Positions 9,559 through 19,284 are shown, counted from the first letter of the stretch. The stretch is DNA of 64,000 nt from Candidatus Saccharimonadia bacterium (GCA_041743505.1 JBGTMQ010000017.1:15680-79679); one strand, 5' to 3'. The notes: generated by a model not told the origin, from the sequence alone. Numbers and translations: made by a program.

Positions 9559-10934
9559 ACGCCAAGTTGCTACGATGGATCGGTGCGATTCTTACCGCAA
9601 TGATGGCCGTTTTGTTCAGCTCGTTTTTTGCTCCTGCCCAGGCGAGCGCTAAAGCAGGCTGCTTACCGGATATCGGCAAGCGGTTGCCTGTTATCCTAAT
9701 CCATGGCTTTGGTGATCGGGCGGCTGTCTGGGGTAGCGCCGACGATCCCAATTCAACGCTACATGAAGTCGACAATCTGTTTAACGTATATGCCGAGACC
9801 TTCGACTACGAGACCACAAACAGGCATTGGGTCGATGACGCAAACATTGGAACTCGCTTGGCTCAAAGAATCGCCTGTATAGCAACGTCATCAAGGCAAG
9901 CCGGCGGACCTGGCAAGGTGACGTTAGTTGTCCATTCCATGGGTGGACTCGCAGCCAGATATGCAGCTACACAAACGATGGATGGCCGCAGTTTGTCGAG
10001 TGATATCGGTCTGGTAGCCACCATTGGTACACCAAATACGGGTAGTGGGCTAGCCGATGCTGGCTCAATTCTCTGCTCTCCGATTGCCGAAACACGTAAG
10101 CTAGAACAAAGTGCTGAACATGATAACAGTATTTGTACAGGTGGTGCCGTCGATGCTATGCACAACCATTCCCAGCAAATCGACGATCTGCCCCAACTAC
10201 CCAGCACCATTCCCGTTGTGACAATCGCCGGAGACGTTACAGTTACGTACTCGGTCTTTCGAGTCCCACTAAACGATACGGATAGCGATCTTGTCGTCAC
10301 CAAGCCATCTGCCCTCAAGGGGGCAGCTAAGATCCAATCGATTGGTGGCGAAAAGGTAGTAGCCTGCAGCACCAATATCCAGTCAATCGACCCAGTTGCT
10401 GTCGGTATGGGTATTGGCCAAACTGCCGGCAAGCTGGCATTCAAACAGCCCGTGCTACCCTCATGCTGGCACAACGGCCTGCCAAGTCACCAGGAGGTCA
10501 AGCAAAGCGTAACTGACGCGATCAAAGCCTATCAGAGCAAGTTGAAAGCCCAAGCCGACGCCGCCAACGCCAACCAGGCGCTTGCACCATACATCGGCGT
10601 CTGGACGGTCCATGGCGGTAAGCTGGAGATCCGGTCCGACCGCACTGGCACCCAAACTATCAGTCTCGGATGCGGCGCCGCTGCCATCTGCAACGAAGTT
10701 GTCCAGCTCTCATTCGCTGGCCCGTCCAATGGGAGCCTCACCGCAAAAATAAACCGCGTATCCGTACCGGACGGCTATCAGCCCAGCGTGAAAGTTGGTG
10801 ATTCCTTCACACTCACACTACAGCGTGACCGCCATGTATTACACACCATCTGGTCTGATGGCAAAGATCACGGCAACCCTTTCTGGTGCGACGCGTTCGC
10901 AACAACACAAAGTTTTACTGAATGTGGCCAGTAA
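9555..10934 (+). CDS. secreted alpha/beta-hydrolase (lipase/esterase; GxSxG = HSMGG) with a C-terminal Cys-containing domain of unknown function
   Basis: Signal peptide; ILIHGFGD...VVHSMGG lipase class-2/DUF676-like motifs; C-terminal half of about 200 aa unrecognised. Confidence 0.55.
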   Translation: MNAKLLRWIGAILTAMMAVLFSSFFAPAQASAKAGCLPDIGKRLPVILIHGFGDRAAVWGSADDPNSTLHEVDNLFNVYAETFDYETTNRHWVDDANIGTRLAQRIACIATSSRQAGGPGKVTLVVHSMGGLAARYAATQTMDGRSLSSDIGLVATIGTPNTGSGLADAGSILCSPIAETRKLEQSAEHDNSICTGGAVDAMHNHSQQIDDLPQLPSTIPVVTIAGDVTVTYSVFRVPLNDTDSDLVVTKPSALKGAAKIQSIGGEKVVACSTNIQSIDPVAVGMGIGQTAGKLAFKQPVLPSCWHNGLPSHQEVKQSVTDAIKAYQSKLKAQADAANANQALAPYIGVWTVHGGKLEIRSDRTGTQTISLGCGAAAICNEVVQLSFAGPSNGSLTAKINRVSVPDGYQPSVKVGDSFTLTLQRDRHVLHTIWSDGKDHGNPFWCDAFATTQSFTECGQ

Positions 10935-11257
10935 CAGCACGCCCACAAGGACGGAATCTACGGCAAACCAGCCGGCAGGTCTCCGTCCTTTTTATTTAGT
11001 GTATTTCTCAAACTAATAAGTTACAGAACCCGCCAGCCCGAAGGATGCTCTGCAAATAACCCCGATTGGCGCAGAGCTCCGGGACAAGAAAACCGTGATA
11101 GTAGATAGCCAAATAACTCTCAGCCTCATACCCGGCGACTACAAACATGTGCTACGCGAAGGAGGCACCATAGCCGGACTTAATCTTGCCAAACCCACTC
11201 ATGCTAAAGTGGAAAGCAGCCACCCCCGGCACCTGCCCCTCGACAAAGGAGTCCCCC

Positions 11258-11839
11258 TTGGACCTCACGGCACGTGCCTTTGCCAATGTCCTGATCGAGG
11301 CCAAAGTTTTTATGCAAGGTGATTTTGAACTCACCGATGGCAGCCACTCAAGTTTCTACATCAACTTTGGTGCAATCTGCCGGCCCAGCCACCTCAGTAT
11401 TCTTGGCCACTGTTTCGCCACCCAAATCATCCAGTCGGGGATCAAGCTTGACGTCGTCTATGGACCGGCCTACAAGGCCATCGCCATGGCCACCGAAACG
11501 GCCAAAGCCCTGTGGCAGGGCTACGGACTCGATATACCGTTCGCCAGCAGCCGCCGGGAAAAACGCAGCCACGGTATGAAGAATCCTCATCTCGGGGCAC
11601 CACTTCAAGACAAAAAAGTCGTCGTAGTCGACGATGTAGCCACCGGAGGCGATTCCAAACTGGACGCCTGTGAGTACGTCATGGACAAAGGCGGCACTGT
11701 CACGGGCTTTATCATTGGCGTTGACCGTACTCACAACCCGGCTGTCCTCGAGCAGCTCACAGCAAAGACGGGGGCACCCGTCTTTGTCATCATGCAACTA
11801 GAGGACCTTCAGCAGATCGCCGCCCAACATGTAGCATGA
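11258..11839 (+). CDS. pyrE: orotate phosphoribosyltransferase-like type-I PRTase
   Basis: Aligns with PyrE: GDFELTDGSHSSFYINF, VYGPAYKAIAMAT, PRPP-binding VVVVDDVATGG; TTG start 7 nt after the AAGGAG RBS. Confidence 0.55.
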   Translation: MDLTARAFANVLIEAKVFMQGDFELTDGSHSSFYINFGAICRPSHLSILGHCFATQIIQSGIKLDVVYGPAYKAIAMATETAKALWQGYGLDIPFASSRREKRSHGMKNPHLGAPLQDKKVVVVDDVATGGDSKLDACEYVMDKGGTVTGFIIGVDRTHNPAVLEQLTAKTGAPVFVIMQLEDLQQIAAQHVA

Positions 11840-11842
11840 CCA

Positions 11843-11872
11843 CTGTCCGGCCTTAGACCCCACCAAGGCCGG
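11843..11872 (+). terminator. intrinsic terminator (GTCCGGCCTT...AAGGCCGGAC then TTCAAACTTT)
   Basis: 10-bp GC-rich stem after the pyrE-like stop. Confidence 0.45.
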
Positions 11873-11948
11873 ACTTCAAACTTTCGAGCAATCCCTATGC
11901 TAAAGTAATAAAAGCCATCTGGCATCGCCCTTCGACAAAGGAGCCTTG

Positions 11949-12524
11949 ATGAATCTGGCAGATCATGCCTTTGCCAATGTGCTCATCCAATCCAATGCCT
12001 ACATGGAAGCTAGTCTCTCTGGTGGAGCTGGAACTTGTTTTATCCGTCGCCTCAATTTGGCCAAAATCCGCCGGCCTGAACACCTAGACACTCTGGCGAG
12101 CGGGTTCGCCCGGGCCATCATGCAGTCAAATGTGGCCTTCGATGTCATTTACGCCTTATCAGCCAAATCAATCCACTTGGCTGTCGCAACATCCCTTGCC
12201 ATCTGGCAGGGATATAATTTCAATAGACCCTTCGCCACCGCCAACATCACCACGTCTCTGGTCCCAAACAACCTCATCGGTGAGCCGCTCCGTCACAACA
12301 AGATCCTCATCTTGGACGACCCATCAGTTGACGACTATAGCGTCAGCGATGTCTGCCAACACATTCTGCAACATGACGGCACCGTCGCCGGTATCGTCAG
12401 CCCCGTGGAAGGCCTCCGGGATCCGGCAGTTCTACGCCAGATCGCTAACGACGCGGAACTGCCTGTCATTTCCGTAGTCCGCCTCGAAGAGCTTCGGAAA
12501 CTCGCCGGCTACCTCGCAGCCTAA
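11949..12524 (+). CDS. degenerate PyrE-like paralog (PRPP loop replaced by ILILDDPSVDD), probably a catalytically inactive pseudo-enzyme
   Basis: Collinear with the upstream PyrE-like gene, including a duplicated leader (atgctaaagt...cgacaaaggag); the Thr-Gly-Gly of the PRPP loop is lost. Confidence 0.5.
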   Translation: MNLADHAFANVLIQSNAYMEASLSGGAGTCFIRRLNLAKIRRPEHLDTLASGFARAIMQSNVAFDVIYALSAKSIHLAVATSLAIWQGYNFNRPFATANITTSLVPNNLIGEPLRHNKILILDDPSVDDYSVSDVCQHILQHDGTVAGIVSPVEGLRDPAVLRQIANDAELPVISVVRLEELRKLAGYLAA

Positions 12525-12526
12525 CA

Positions 12527-12566
12527 ACAATCCGGCCTTGGGTAACTCCAGGGCCGGATTTATTTG
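12527..12566 (+). terminator. intrinsic terminator (AATCCGGCCTTGG...CCAGGGCCGGATT then TATTTG)
   Basis: Stem-loop followed by a T-rich stretch. Confidence 0.45.
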
Positions 12567-12598
12567 ACTAATATAGTAAGCGCGCTTACTATATTACC

Positions 12599-13018
12599 AT
12601 GAAGATTATTGCCGCCGCCACTGCCATCACAACCGCCAAGCCTGGAACCGTTTTTCGTATCTGGTCCGACGTCGAACATTGGCCACTCTGGGATGTCGAA
12701 ATCACCTGGGCTAAATTAAACGGTCCTCACGCCGTCGGTACGACCGGCGCCTTAAAACCAGTTAACGGCCCCAGGACCAACTTCACCGTCATTGAAGTCA
12801 TCCAAAATCAATCCTTTACTGACGTCTCGCATCTGCCCGGCGCCAAGCTCCAATTCATACATCAGCTCGCCCAAACCGGCGATATGACCCAAGTCACTCA
12901 CACTGTATCAATCTCCGGGCCTTTAGCCTGGCTCTGGGAAAAGATCCTTGGCCACAATCTCCGCCGTGGCTTACAACCAGCCGTTCAAGGACTAATCAAG
13001 CTGGCAGAAAAAGCATGA
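12599..13018 (+). CDS. SRPBCC (START/Bet v1-like, polyketide-cyclase-type) family protein
   Basis: 139-aa; Trp-rich signature WSDVEHWPLWD typical of SRPBCC ligand-binding proteins. Confidence 0.5.
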   Translation: MKIIAAATAITTAKPGTVFRIWSDVEHWPLWDVEITWAKLNGPHAVGTTGALKPVNGPRTNFTVIEVIQNQSFTDVSHLPGAKLQFIHQLAQTGDMTQVTHTVSISGPLAWLWEKILGHNLRRGLQPAVQGLIKLAEKA

Positions 13019-13431
13019 AATATTGGATCGCCACCGTCTCCCACAACCACGTCAAACGTGGCCTGGAGCTTGGCGTCGCACAAATTGGCCATGGTAAACG
13101 CACCGGTCTGGCCCGCCTGCACGCCGGCGACTGGCTGGTCTACTACTCACCGCGCGAGAGTCCGGATGGCAACATCCCAGTCCAGGCCTTCACCGCCATC
13201 GGCCAAGTAGCCGGCGAAGCCATTTGGCAAGCCAATGAGGGCGATTTCAAGCCTTATCGCCGAAAGGTCAATTACGCTCGCGCCACCGACGCCACGATCC
13301 GTCCCTTATTAGAGCAGCTAAACTTCACCCAAGACAAAGCCAATTGGGGCTATGCCTTTCGCTATGGATTATTTGAAATCAATGAGCATGATTTCAGCCT
13401 CATTGCTCGTACCATGGACGTACAACCATGA
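13015..13431 (+). CDS. EVE (PUA-like) domain protein
   Basis: 138-aa; MKYWIATVSHNHV...GDWLVYY pattern resembles EVE/PUA-like proteins; ATGA overlap with both neighbours. Confidence 0.45.
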   Translation: MKYWIATVSHNHVKRGLELGVAQIGHGKRTGLARLHAGDWLVYYSPRESPDGNIPVQAFTAIGQVAGEAIWQANEGDFKPYRRKVNYARATDATIRPLLEQLNFTQDKANWGYAFRYGLFEINEHDFSLIARTMDVQP

Positions 13432-13895
13432 CAGCACACGATCCCGGCCTTAGCTCCGCTTACGACGCTCCTGAAGTCAGCCCGGGCTTCCTGCTCTGGC
13501 AGGTCACAAACCATTGGCAAGCCATGCAGCGGGCAGCCTTAAAGCCTTTCGGACTGACTCACGTACAGTTCGTCCTCCTGGCCTCACTGGTCTGGCTTGA
13601 AACTAATGACGAGCCCGTGACCCAAAAGTACCTGGCCGGGCATGCCGGCATCGATGTCATGATGACTTCACAAGTAGCCCGCACACTGGAGACAAAAGGC
13701 CTGATCAAGCGCTTACCGCATCCTAACGACCGGCGTGCCATCTTATTGACCGCTACCACGGAAGCAGTTGTCCTGGTCAATCAGGCCGTCCTTGCCGTAA
13801 AAAAAGTTGATCAACAGTTATTTGGTTATCTGGGCCACCGGCAAGATAATTTTATTGAAGCCTTGCAATTACTACGCGCAAATTTTAACTGCTAA
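13428..13895 (+). CDS. MarR-family transcriptional regulator
   Basis: Winged-helix segment VTQKYLAGHAGIDVMMTSQVARTLETKGLIKRLPHPNDRRA characteristic of MarR. Confidence 0.75.
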   Translation: MTAHDPGLSSAYDAPEVSPGFLLWQVTNHWQAMQRAALKPFGLTHVQFVLLASLVWLETNDEPVTQKYLAGHAGIDVMMTSQVARTLETKGLIKRLPHPNDRRAILLTATTEAVVLVNQAVLAVKKVDQQLFGYLGHRQDNFIEALQLLRANFNC

Positions 13896-13943
13896 ATACA
13901 AAACCGCCATGTCATGCAAAAGCGCACAACATGGCGGGGTGAA

Positions 13944-14477
13944 TCAGGCGCCGAAGACGCCTTCGTAGTAATTTTGGTCCCGCACTGAAGTACAGCCGGG
14001 GCCAAAAATCGGTGGTGGCAGCTCAGTCGGCCATTGCCCGGTCGCCCAAAACACATCGATGGACCAAGTGCAAAAACCATTACGGCCATTACCATCGCCG
14101 CGAGGGTGGGCGTACTCGTACTGCTCATACCGCACCAACGGCGAATTGCTCCGGTCGTCGGCGAACTCAGCTGCCCAGGCCTTTAGCCGCTCCTCAATCT
14201 CATAAGCTGGAACCGCCTCACTACCTGCCAAGAACACAGCCGGACCAACCCGGTAAGTAGCATAATCTGGCTCAATCAAGCCGGCCAGCTTAGCCTCCAA
14301 AGCCAAGAGATCGGCCGATGTAACCGTCTCGGGTCGACGGTTGTAAGCAAACTGCTTAGCCAAAGCATATGCCGCCTGAAGACCTGCGATCTGGCGAGGT
14401 GCCGTAGCGCCCTGCAGCTCACATTCGAGCCAACACAGCTCTATATCACGTTCAGTCAGACTCACGGGCTGAGTCAT
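13944..14477 (-). CDS. hypothetical protein
   Basis: 177-aa ORF with coding-like composition; no family recognised. Confidence 0.4.
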   Translation of the reverse strand: MTQPVSLTERDIELCWLECELQGATAPRQIAGLQAAYALAKQFAYNRRPETVTSADLLALEAKLAGLIEPDYATYRVGPAVFLAGSEAVPAYEIEERLKAWAAEFADDRSNSPLVRYEQYEYAHPRGDGNGRNGFCTWSIDVFWATGQWPTELPPPIFGPGCTSVRDQNYYEGVFGA

Positions 14478-14651
14478 ATCGGCCTCCCTTCCAAGGCGGA
14501 TACAAGATTACATCAGAATTTCTGAATAAGTATATTATACACCCAAATCCAATTTTGCGCAATACAAGGCTGCCTGTAAAATCGGCATTTTCACCGGAAC
14601 CATAAATGAACCAGCAAGACTGCGAACTCCGATCCATTGTATACTCCGGAC

Positions 14652-16091
14652 ATGAAAGTAGCATTTATCGTACCTTATGAAGGTAAAAAGGTTTACCAAC
14701 AAGCCTACGATCAAATCTTGTCCGCCATCGAGACCAATGGCGGTTTAGTTCTAAGTCCTGAAAAAACCGATGAGTATGGCCATGCCCTAGCCACCGGCCT
14801 TCCAACGCATGACCTATCACGCTCGCACTATGAATTTATTCGTAAAAGCATTATCGATAGCGACGTCGTCATTGTAGAAGCTAGCTATGAAGACTTTCGA
14901 GTAGGCCACGAAACCACACTGGCGCTAATTTATCGCAAGCCTGTATTAGTAATGGCCCAACATCTTGATTTCGGAAAATTTATATATCACCCCAACCTTA
15001 CCGGTATCCATTACTACCCAACACAAGTAGCACAAATAATTAAGGACTTCCTTGACGCTGCTATCAGTCAACCACAGCAGCACCCGCAAGCGCGCATCCC
15101 GAATACATACCATCAACCGTATAAACCGGTTCGAAAACCAAAAATCATTGCCGTATTTGGTGGCATTTACGCCGACATATTTAATAAAGTTAGTCGCATC
15201 CCCCGCGAAAATGAAGTCAGCTTGAGCAGTGATTTTAAAATCTCGCTTGGCGGTAAAGCAACAAATGCCGCCGTTGCCATGGCCCGCCTCGGGAATAAAG
15301 TCATCATGCTCGGCCAACTTGGCCACGACTCTACTGCCGTAGACTTAGAGGCTACATTAATTTATGAAAGTATTAATACGGATTTCATAAGCCGCAATTC
15401 TGCGCATCCAACCGGCACAGTAGTATTGGCAGTCGACAAAAATGCTCAGTACAGCACCGTAGTACACGAAGCAGCCAATATTCAGATTGAGCTGACACAT
15501 ATTGATAACTTTTTTAAAGAAATCGACCATAACACATTAAAGCTTGATTGCCTGTATCTGACTCTTGAGGCTCAACCCGCAGCTATCGATTATATTATTC
15601 GCGAAGCATGCAAGCGGAATATTTTTATCTTCTGCGACGCCGCTCCTCATGCCCGCCCACTTAACTCGCAACTCCTATCATTGATTAATATCATCGCACC
15701 CAACCAAATCGAGGCGGAAGCAATGACAGGTATAGTGGTCGATGATCAGGCGGCAGCTCATCAGGCAGCGATGGACTTGACCCGAAAAGGAGCTCGTCAA
15801 ACAATTATTACCCTGGGCGACCAGGGCGTCTATTGGAATTCTGCCGACAGCAACAGTTATTGTTTACCCGCATTACCGGTCAAAGCGATTGACGAAGCTG
15901 GAGCAGGAGATGCTTTCAGAGGAGCTTTCATCAGCGAACTGCTTTCCTCAAAAAATACTATCAATGCTCTCAGGTTCGGAATACGCGCCGGAGCATTTGC
16001 CGTAACTCGGTTTGGCAGCTACGATTCTATGCCAACTCATGACGAATTAGCCTTCTTTAAGCCAGCCAAGCATCAGCCAGAACAACCCTAA
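14652..16091 (+). CDS. fusion protein: N-terminal nucleoside 2-deoxyribosyltransferase-like domain plus C-terminal PfkB-family (ribokinase/adenosine-kinase-like) carbohydrate or nucleoside kinase
   Basis: N-domain DFRVGHETTLALIYRKPVLV (NDT-like D-x-G..E..KPV pattern); C-domain PfkB signatures GGKATNAAVAMARLG and DEAGAGDAFRGAF. Confidence 0.6.
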   Translation: MKVAFIVPYEGKKVYQQAYDQILSAIETNGGLVLSPEKTDEYGHALATGLPTHDLSRSHYEFIRKSIIDSDVVIVEASYEDFRVGHETTLALIYRKPVLVMAQHLDFGKFIYHPNLTGIHYYPTQVAQIIKDFLDAAISQPQQHPQARIPNTYHQPYKPVRKPKIIAVFGGIYADIFNKVSRIPRENEVSLSSDFKISLGGKATNAAVAMARLGNKVIMLGQLGHDSTAVDLEATLIYESINTDFISRNSAHPTGTVVLAVDKNAQYSTVVHEAANIQIELTHIDNFFKEIDHNTLKLDCLYLTLEAQPAAIDYIIREACKRNIFIFCDAAPHARPLNSQLLSLINIIAPNQIEAEAMTGIVVDDQAAAHQAAMDLTRKGARQTIITLGDQGVYWNSADSNSYCLPALPVKAIDEAGAGDAFRGAFISELLSSKNTINALRFGIRAGAFAVTRFGSYDSMPTHDELAFFKPAKHQPEQP

Positions 16092-16101
16092 TAAACTCAA
16101 C

Positions 16102-18315
16102 CTATTCGTCGTACGGTTCGGCCGGGCGCATCTTATCATCAGCCCCGCCCGCAGCACCTGATCCCCCACCTCGCACCTGGTCCACTGAGCTCACCAGCAC
16201 GTCGCGCGGCCGGGCGCCGTCAGCCGGCCCCACCACACCTTGCTCCTCCAAGAGGTCAATCAGCCGCGCAGCCCGGGCGTAGCCCACCCGCAGCCGGCGC
16301 TGCAGCATACTGGTACTCGCCTTGCCAGCCCGAATCACTGCCTCAGCCGCCTCGTCAAACAAGTCATCATCAATCTCGCCGTCACCACCGCCTCCACCAC
16401 CAATGGACTTCCCGCCAATCGTTACCTTCATGGCCAACACCTCGTCATTGTATTGCGGCCCACGCTGTGCCCGTAGAAAATCAGTTACCGCCTTAACCTC
16501 TTTCTCATCCAGGAAGGCGCCCTGGATCCGGCGCGGCTTCATAAACTCTGGGCTCATAAACAACATGTCGCCCTTACCCAAGAGCTTCTCGGCCCCCATC
16601 TGGTCCAAAATTGTCCGCGAGTCCACTTGGGATGCCACGCTAAACGCCAGCCGGGCCGGAATATTGGCCTTAATAATACCGGTAATCACGTCCACGCTCG
16701 GCCGCTGCGTTGCCAGCACCAAATGGATACCGATGGCCCGGGCCATCTGCGCCAGCCGCACAATCAGCGACTCCACGTCAGCTGCCGCCAGTACCATCAA
16801 GTCAGCCATCTCATCAATCACGATCACAATGTAGGGCATGGCCTCGTCCGGATGAGCCTTGTTGTACTCAATAATGTTTCGATTACCCACCTCAGCCAGC
16901 AGCTTGTACCGGCGCTCCATTTCCGCCACCGCCCACTTCAGGGCGCTAATGCACTTCTCCGGCTCCACAATTACCGGCGTCAGCAAATGAGGAATGTCAT
17001 TGTACAACCCCAGCTCCACGCGCTTAGGATCAACCAAAATCAGCTTCATGTCGTTGGGCGAATTCCGATATAGCAAGCTAGTCAAAAACGAGTTGATCAT
17101 GGCCGACTTACCCGAACCGGTGGCCCCGGCTATCAGCATATGCGGCATCTTCGCCAAATCGGTAAACATCGGTATACCCGACACATCCCGGCCCAGCGCA
17201 AACGTCAGCGGCGTCTTTTCCTGAGCCCACGCCGGCGCTTCCAGCACGCCACGCAAGCGCACCATGGCAATAGCCTTGTTTGGAATCTCCACACCTACCG
17301 CACTCTTACCCGGTATCGGCGCCTCTATACGAATAGGATGCGCCGCCAAGCTCAAGGCCAAGTTTGTATCAAGAGTAGTTATTTTGTTCAGCTTTACACC
17401 GTTCGGCGGGGTAAAGGTATATTGAGTTACGGTTGGCCCCACATTAACCTCACCCATCTGTACACCAATACCAAAACTCTCCAATGTCTGCTGAATAGTT
17501 GCCGCATTGGCCTTCACGTCACCCGCATCAGCCTTCGACCCCATCGCCGAAAGCAAGTCCATCGCCGGCGGCTGCCAAGCCTCATCCGTGCCGGCCGTCA
17601 GCGCCTCCTGCGGCTCCTCTTTAGCCGCCGGCTTCTTAACCGCACCGCCCAAATTCAGCTCACCCTTAACCGGCAGTGCATTGCCAGCACCAGAGTTATC
17701 ATTGACTCTCAATAACTCAGCTGTCGGATCATTAACCTTAATCTCCTGAGGCGCCGGCACCGACTCACGCTTAAACGCCGACAGCATCCGACGCACAACC
17801 TCTATCAGGTTCGTATTCGTCGCCACAATCACAAACACCACCACCAGAGCCGCCAAAACAATGCTAGCCGCAGCCACATTCAGCACATTCAGCATCATAC
17901 TGGCAATACTGTAGCCCACCAGGCCTCCGCCGGTACCTGCCTGTGCCTTGTCCAGAGCGTCAGCCGGATCAACACCCACATGCGCCAGCGCCGCCAAAGC
18001 TAACTCAAGCCCGATAAAACCCACGTAGTTATGGGCTCTGGGCGGATTATCGCGACGAAACAGCATGATCGACAAGCCTGCAAATATCCACGGCAACAAA
18101 TAAGCCGCGTAACCAAACGCCAGGCGCAAACCGTCAAACATACCGGTCACCAAAGAGCCGCCAAAATCAAACACTGCAAACAGCAACAGGATCGTCAGTG
18201 CCGCTAACAGCACCGCCGCAATTTCGCGCTTAGCTTCGATTGACAGGAGCGGCTCCTGATTCTTCTTGCGTTTCACGGATTTTCTCGTTGATCGGGCTTT
18301 CTTCTTGGCCATACA
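16102..18315 (-). CDS. ftsK: DNA translocase FtsK
   Basis: N-terminal TM segments, linker, motor domain with Walker A GATGSGKS and IVIDEMADL Walker B; the ORF extends to 18393 but MAKKKARS (18315) is the likely start. Confidence 0.9.
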   Translation of the reverse strand, partial: CMAKKKARSTRKSVKRKKNQEPLLSIEAKREIAAVLLAALTILLLFAVFDFGGSLVTGMFDGLRLAFGYAAYLLPWIFAGLSIMLFRRDNPPRAHNYVGFIGLELALAALAHVGVDPADALDKAQAGTGGGLVGYSIASMMLNVLNVAAASIVLAALVVVFVIVATNTNLIEVVRRMLSAFKRESVPAPQEIKVNDPTAELLRVNDNSGAGNALPVKGELNLGGAVKKPAAKEEPQEALTAGTDEAWQPPAMDLLSAMGSKADAGDVKANAATIQQTLESFGIGVQMGEVNVGPTVTQYTFTPPNGVKLNKITTLDTNLALSLAAHPIRIEAPIPGKSAVGVEIPNKAIAMVRLRGVLEAPAWAQEKTPLTFALGRDVSGIPMFTDLAKMPHMLIAGATGSGKSAMINSFLTSLLYRNSPNDMKLILVDPKRVELGLYNDIPHLLTPVIVEPEKCISALKWAVAEMERRYKLLAEVGNRNIIEYNKAHPDEAMPYIVIVIDEMADLMVLAAADVESLIVRLAQMARAIGIHLVLATQRPSVDVITGIIKANIPARLAFSVASQVDSRTILDQMGAEKLLGKGDMLFMSPEFMKPRRIQGAFLDEKEVKAVTDFLRAQRGPQYNDEVLAMKVTIGGKSIGGGGGGDGEIDDDLFDEAAEAVIRAGKASTSMLQRRLRVGYARAARLIDLLEEQGVVGPADGARPRDVLVSSVDQVRGGGSGAAGGADDKMRPAEPYDE

Positions 18316-18364
18316 TCGCCTATTATACTGCTTTTGTTCCAGATAAGAAAAGCCAGCCCGCTGG

Positions 18365-19243
18365 TCAAACCAATTGAAACTCCAACAGCTCAAATTCTGC
18401 CGTCACGTTAAGCATGACTATGCTACCCAATGACTGTTTTTGCTCAGCTGTCATAAACCAGGCGTTCGGCGTCATGCGAACAAGATCCGCAATCGCTACC
18501 CCATCCAATGTCAACGGCACCGCCAAAACATCAACACTAGTCAGTCTAAAAGCATCTGCCATTGCCCTCTGGATTGCCTGCCGCTTATCAGCTTGTATCG
18601 CTAGTAGCGGCTGGACAGCTCTCAATTCGGCCAGATGCCGTAATGTCGGAATCGCTACCAAAAGACGGCCGCCCGGCGCCAGCACACGGGCAAACTCCGT
18701 GGAATTCCGCGGCGCAAACACATCCAATAACACATCCGCGGATCTCTCAGGCAGTGGCACCAAGCGGTTAGTATCCGCCACAGCAAATTGAACCTTCGGG
18801 TAGCGCTTGGCCGCCAGCCGGATGCCGTCCTTAGCAATATCCGTTCCGAAGCACATTGAACTACTTATGTGTTCAGATATTCCACCTATGTAATATCCCT
18901 CCCCACAGCCGGTTTCTGCTACTCGATTATGCGGTATTAAGGCTACACGATCAATAATTTTTTGCCGCAGCAAAGTATACAATCCTCGTTCAAAATGACG
19001 GCGGCGGGCCGCCAACATGTCTGGAGTATCGCCTTTAAGTCCTGACTTTTGCCGTCCGGCCATCAAGTTCACATGCCCTTCCTTCGCTATATCAAAGCTA
19101 TGGCCATTAACACATCTCAACGAACCGCCAAGCGGCTCCAGCAAATTACGACATATCGGACAGATCCAAGCAGCCTTCATTGATTTCTTTCCATAGAATT
19201 GAAGAGTCCCGGCAACCATATAGGCTACCGGGACGACTGACAA
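18365..19243 (-). CDS. RlmA-like 23S rRNA (guanine-N1) methyltransferase (Zn-ribbon plus class I SAM MTase)
   Basis: N-terminal CPICRNLL...LRCVNGHSFDIAKEGHVNL zinc-binding module then MTase motif I VAETGCGEGYY; architecture of RrmA/RlmA. Confidence 0.6.
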   Translation of the reverse strand: MSVVPVAYMVAGTLQFYGKKSMKAAWICPICRNLLEPLGGSLRCVNGHSFDIAKEGHVNLMAGRQKSGLKGDTPDMLAARRRHFERGLYTLLRQKIIDRVALIPHNRVAETGCGEGYYIGGISEHISSSMCFGTDIAKDGIRLAAKRYPKVQFAVADTNRLVPLPERSADVLLDVFAPRNSTEFARVLAPGGRLLVAIPTLRHLAELRAVQPLLAIQADKRQAIQRAMADAFRLTSVDVLAVPLTLDGVAIADLVRMTPNAWFMTAEQKQSLGSIVMLNVTAEFELLEFQLV

Positions 19244-19284
19244 GTCCGCTTTTCATATTCCCCACCGTTACGCATCTAGTGCCA

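Noticed and set aside
11095-11797. ORFs 11095..11322 (+), 11319..11579 (+) and 11348..11797 (-)
   Set aside because: They overlap the PyrE-like gene in other frames or on the other strand. 11095..11322 covers the duplicated leader region and has no RBS.
16322-17715. Several + strand ORFs (170 aa, 148 aa, 191 aa)
   Set aside because: All lie antisense inside ftsK, whose Walker motifs and TM segments are clear on the minus strand.
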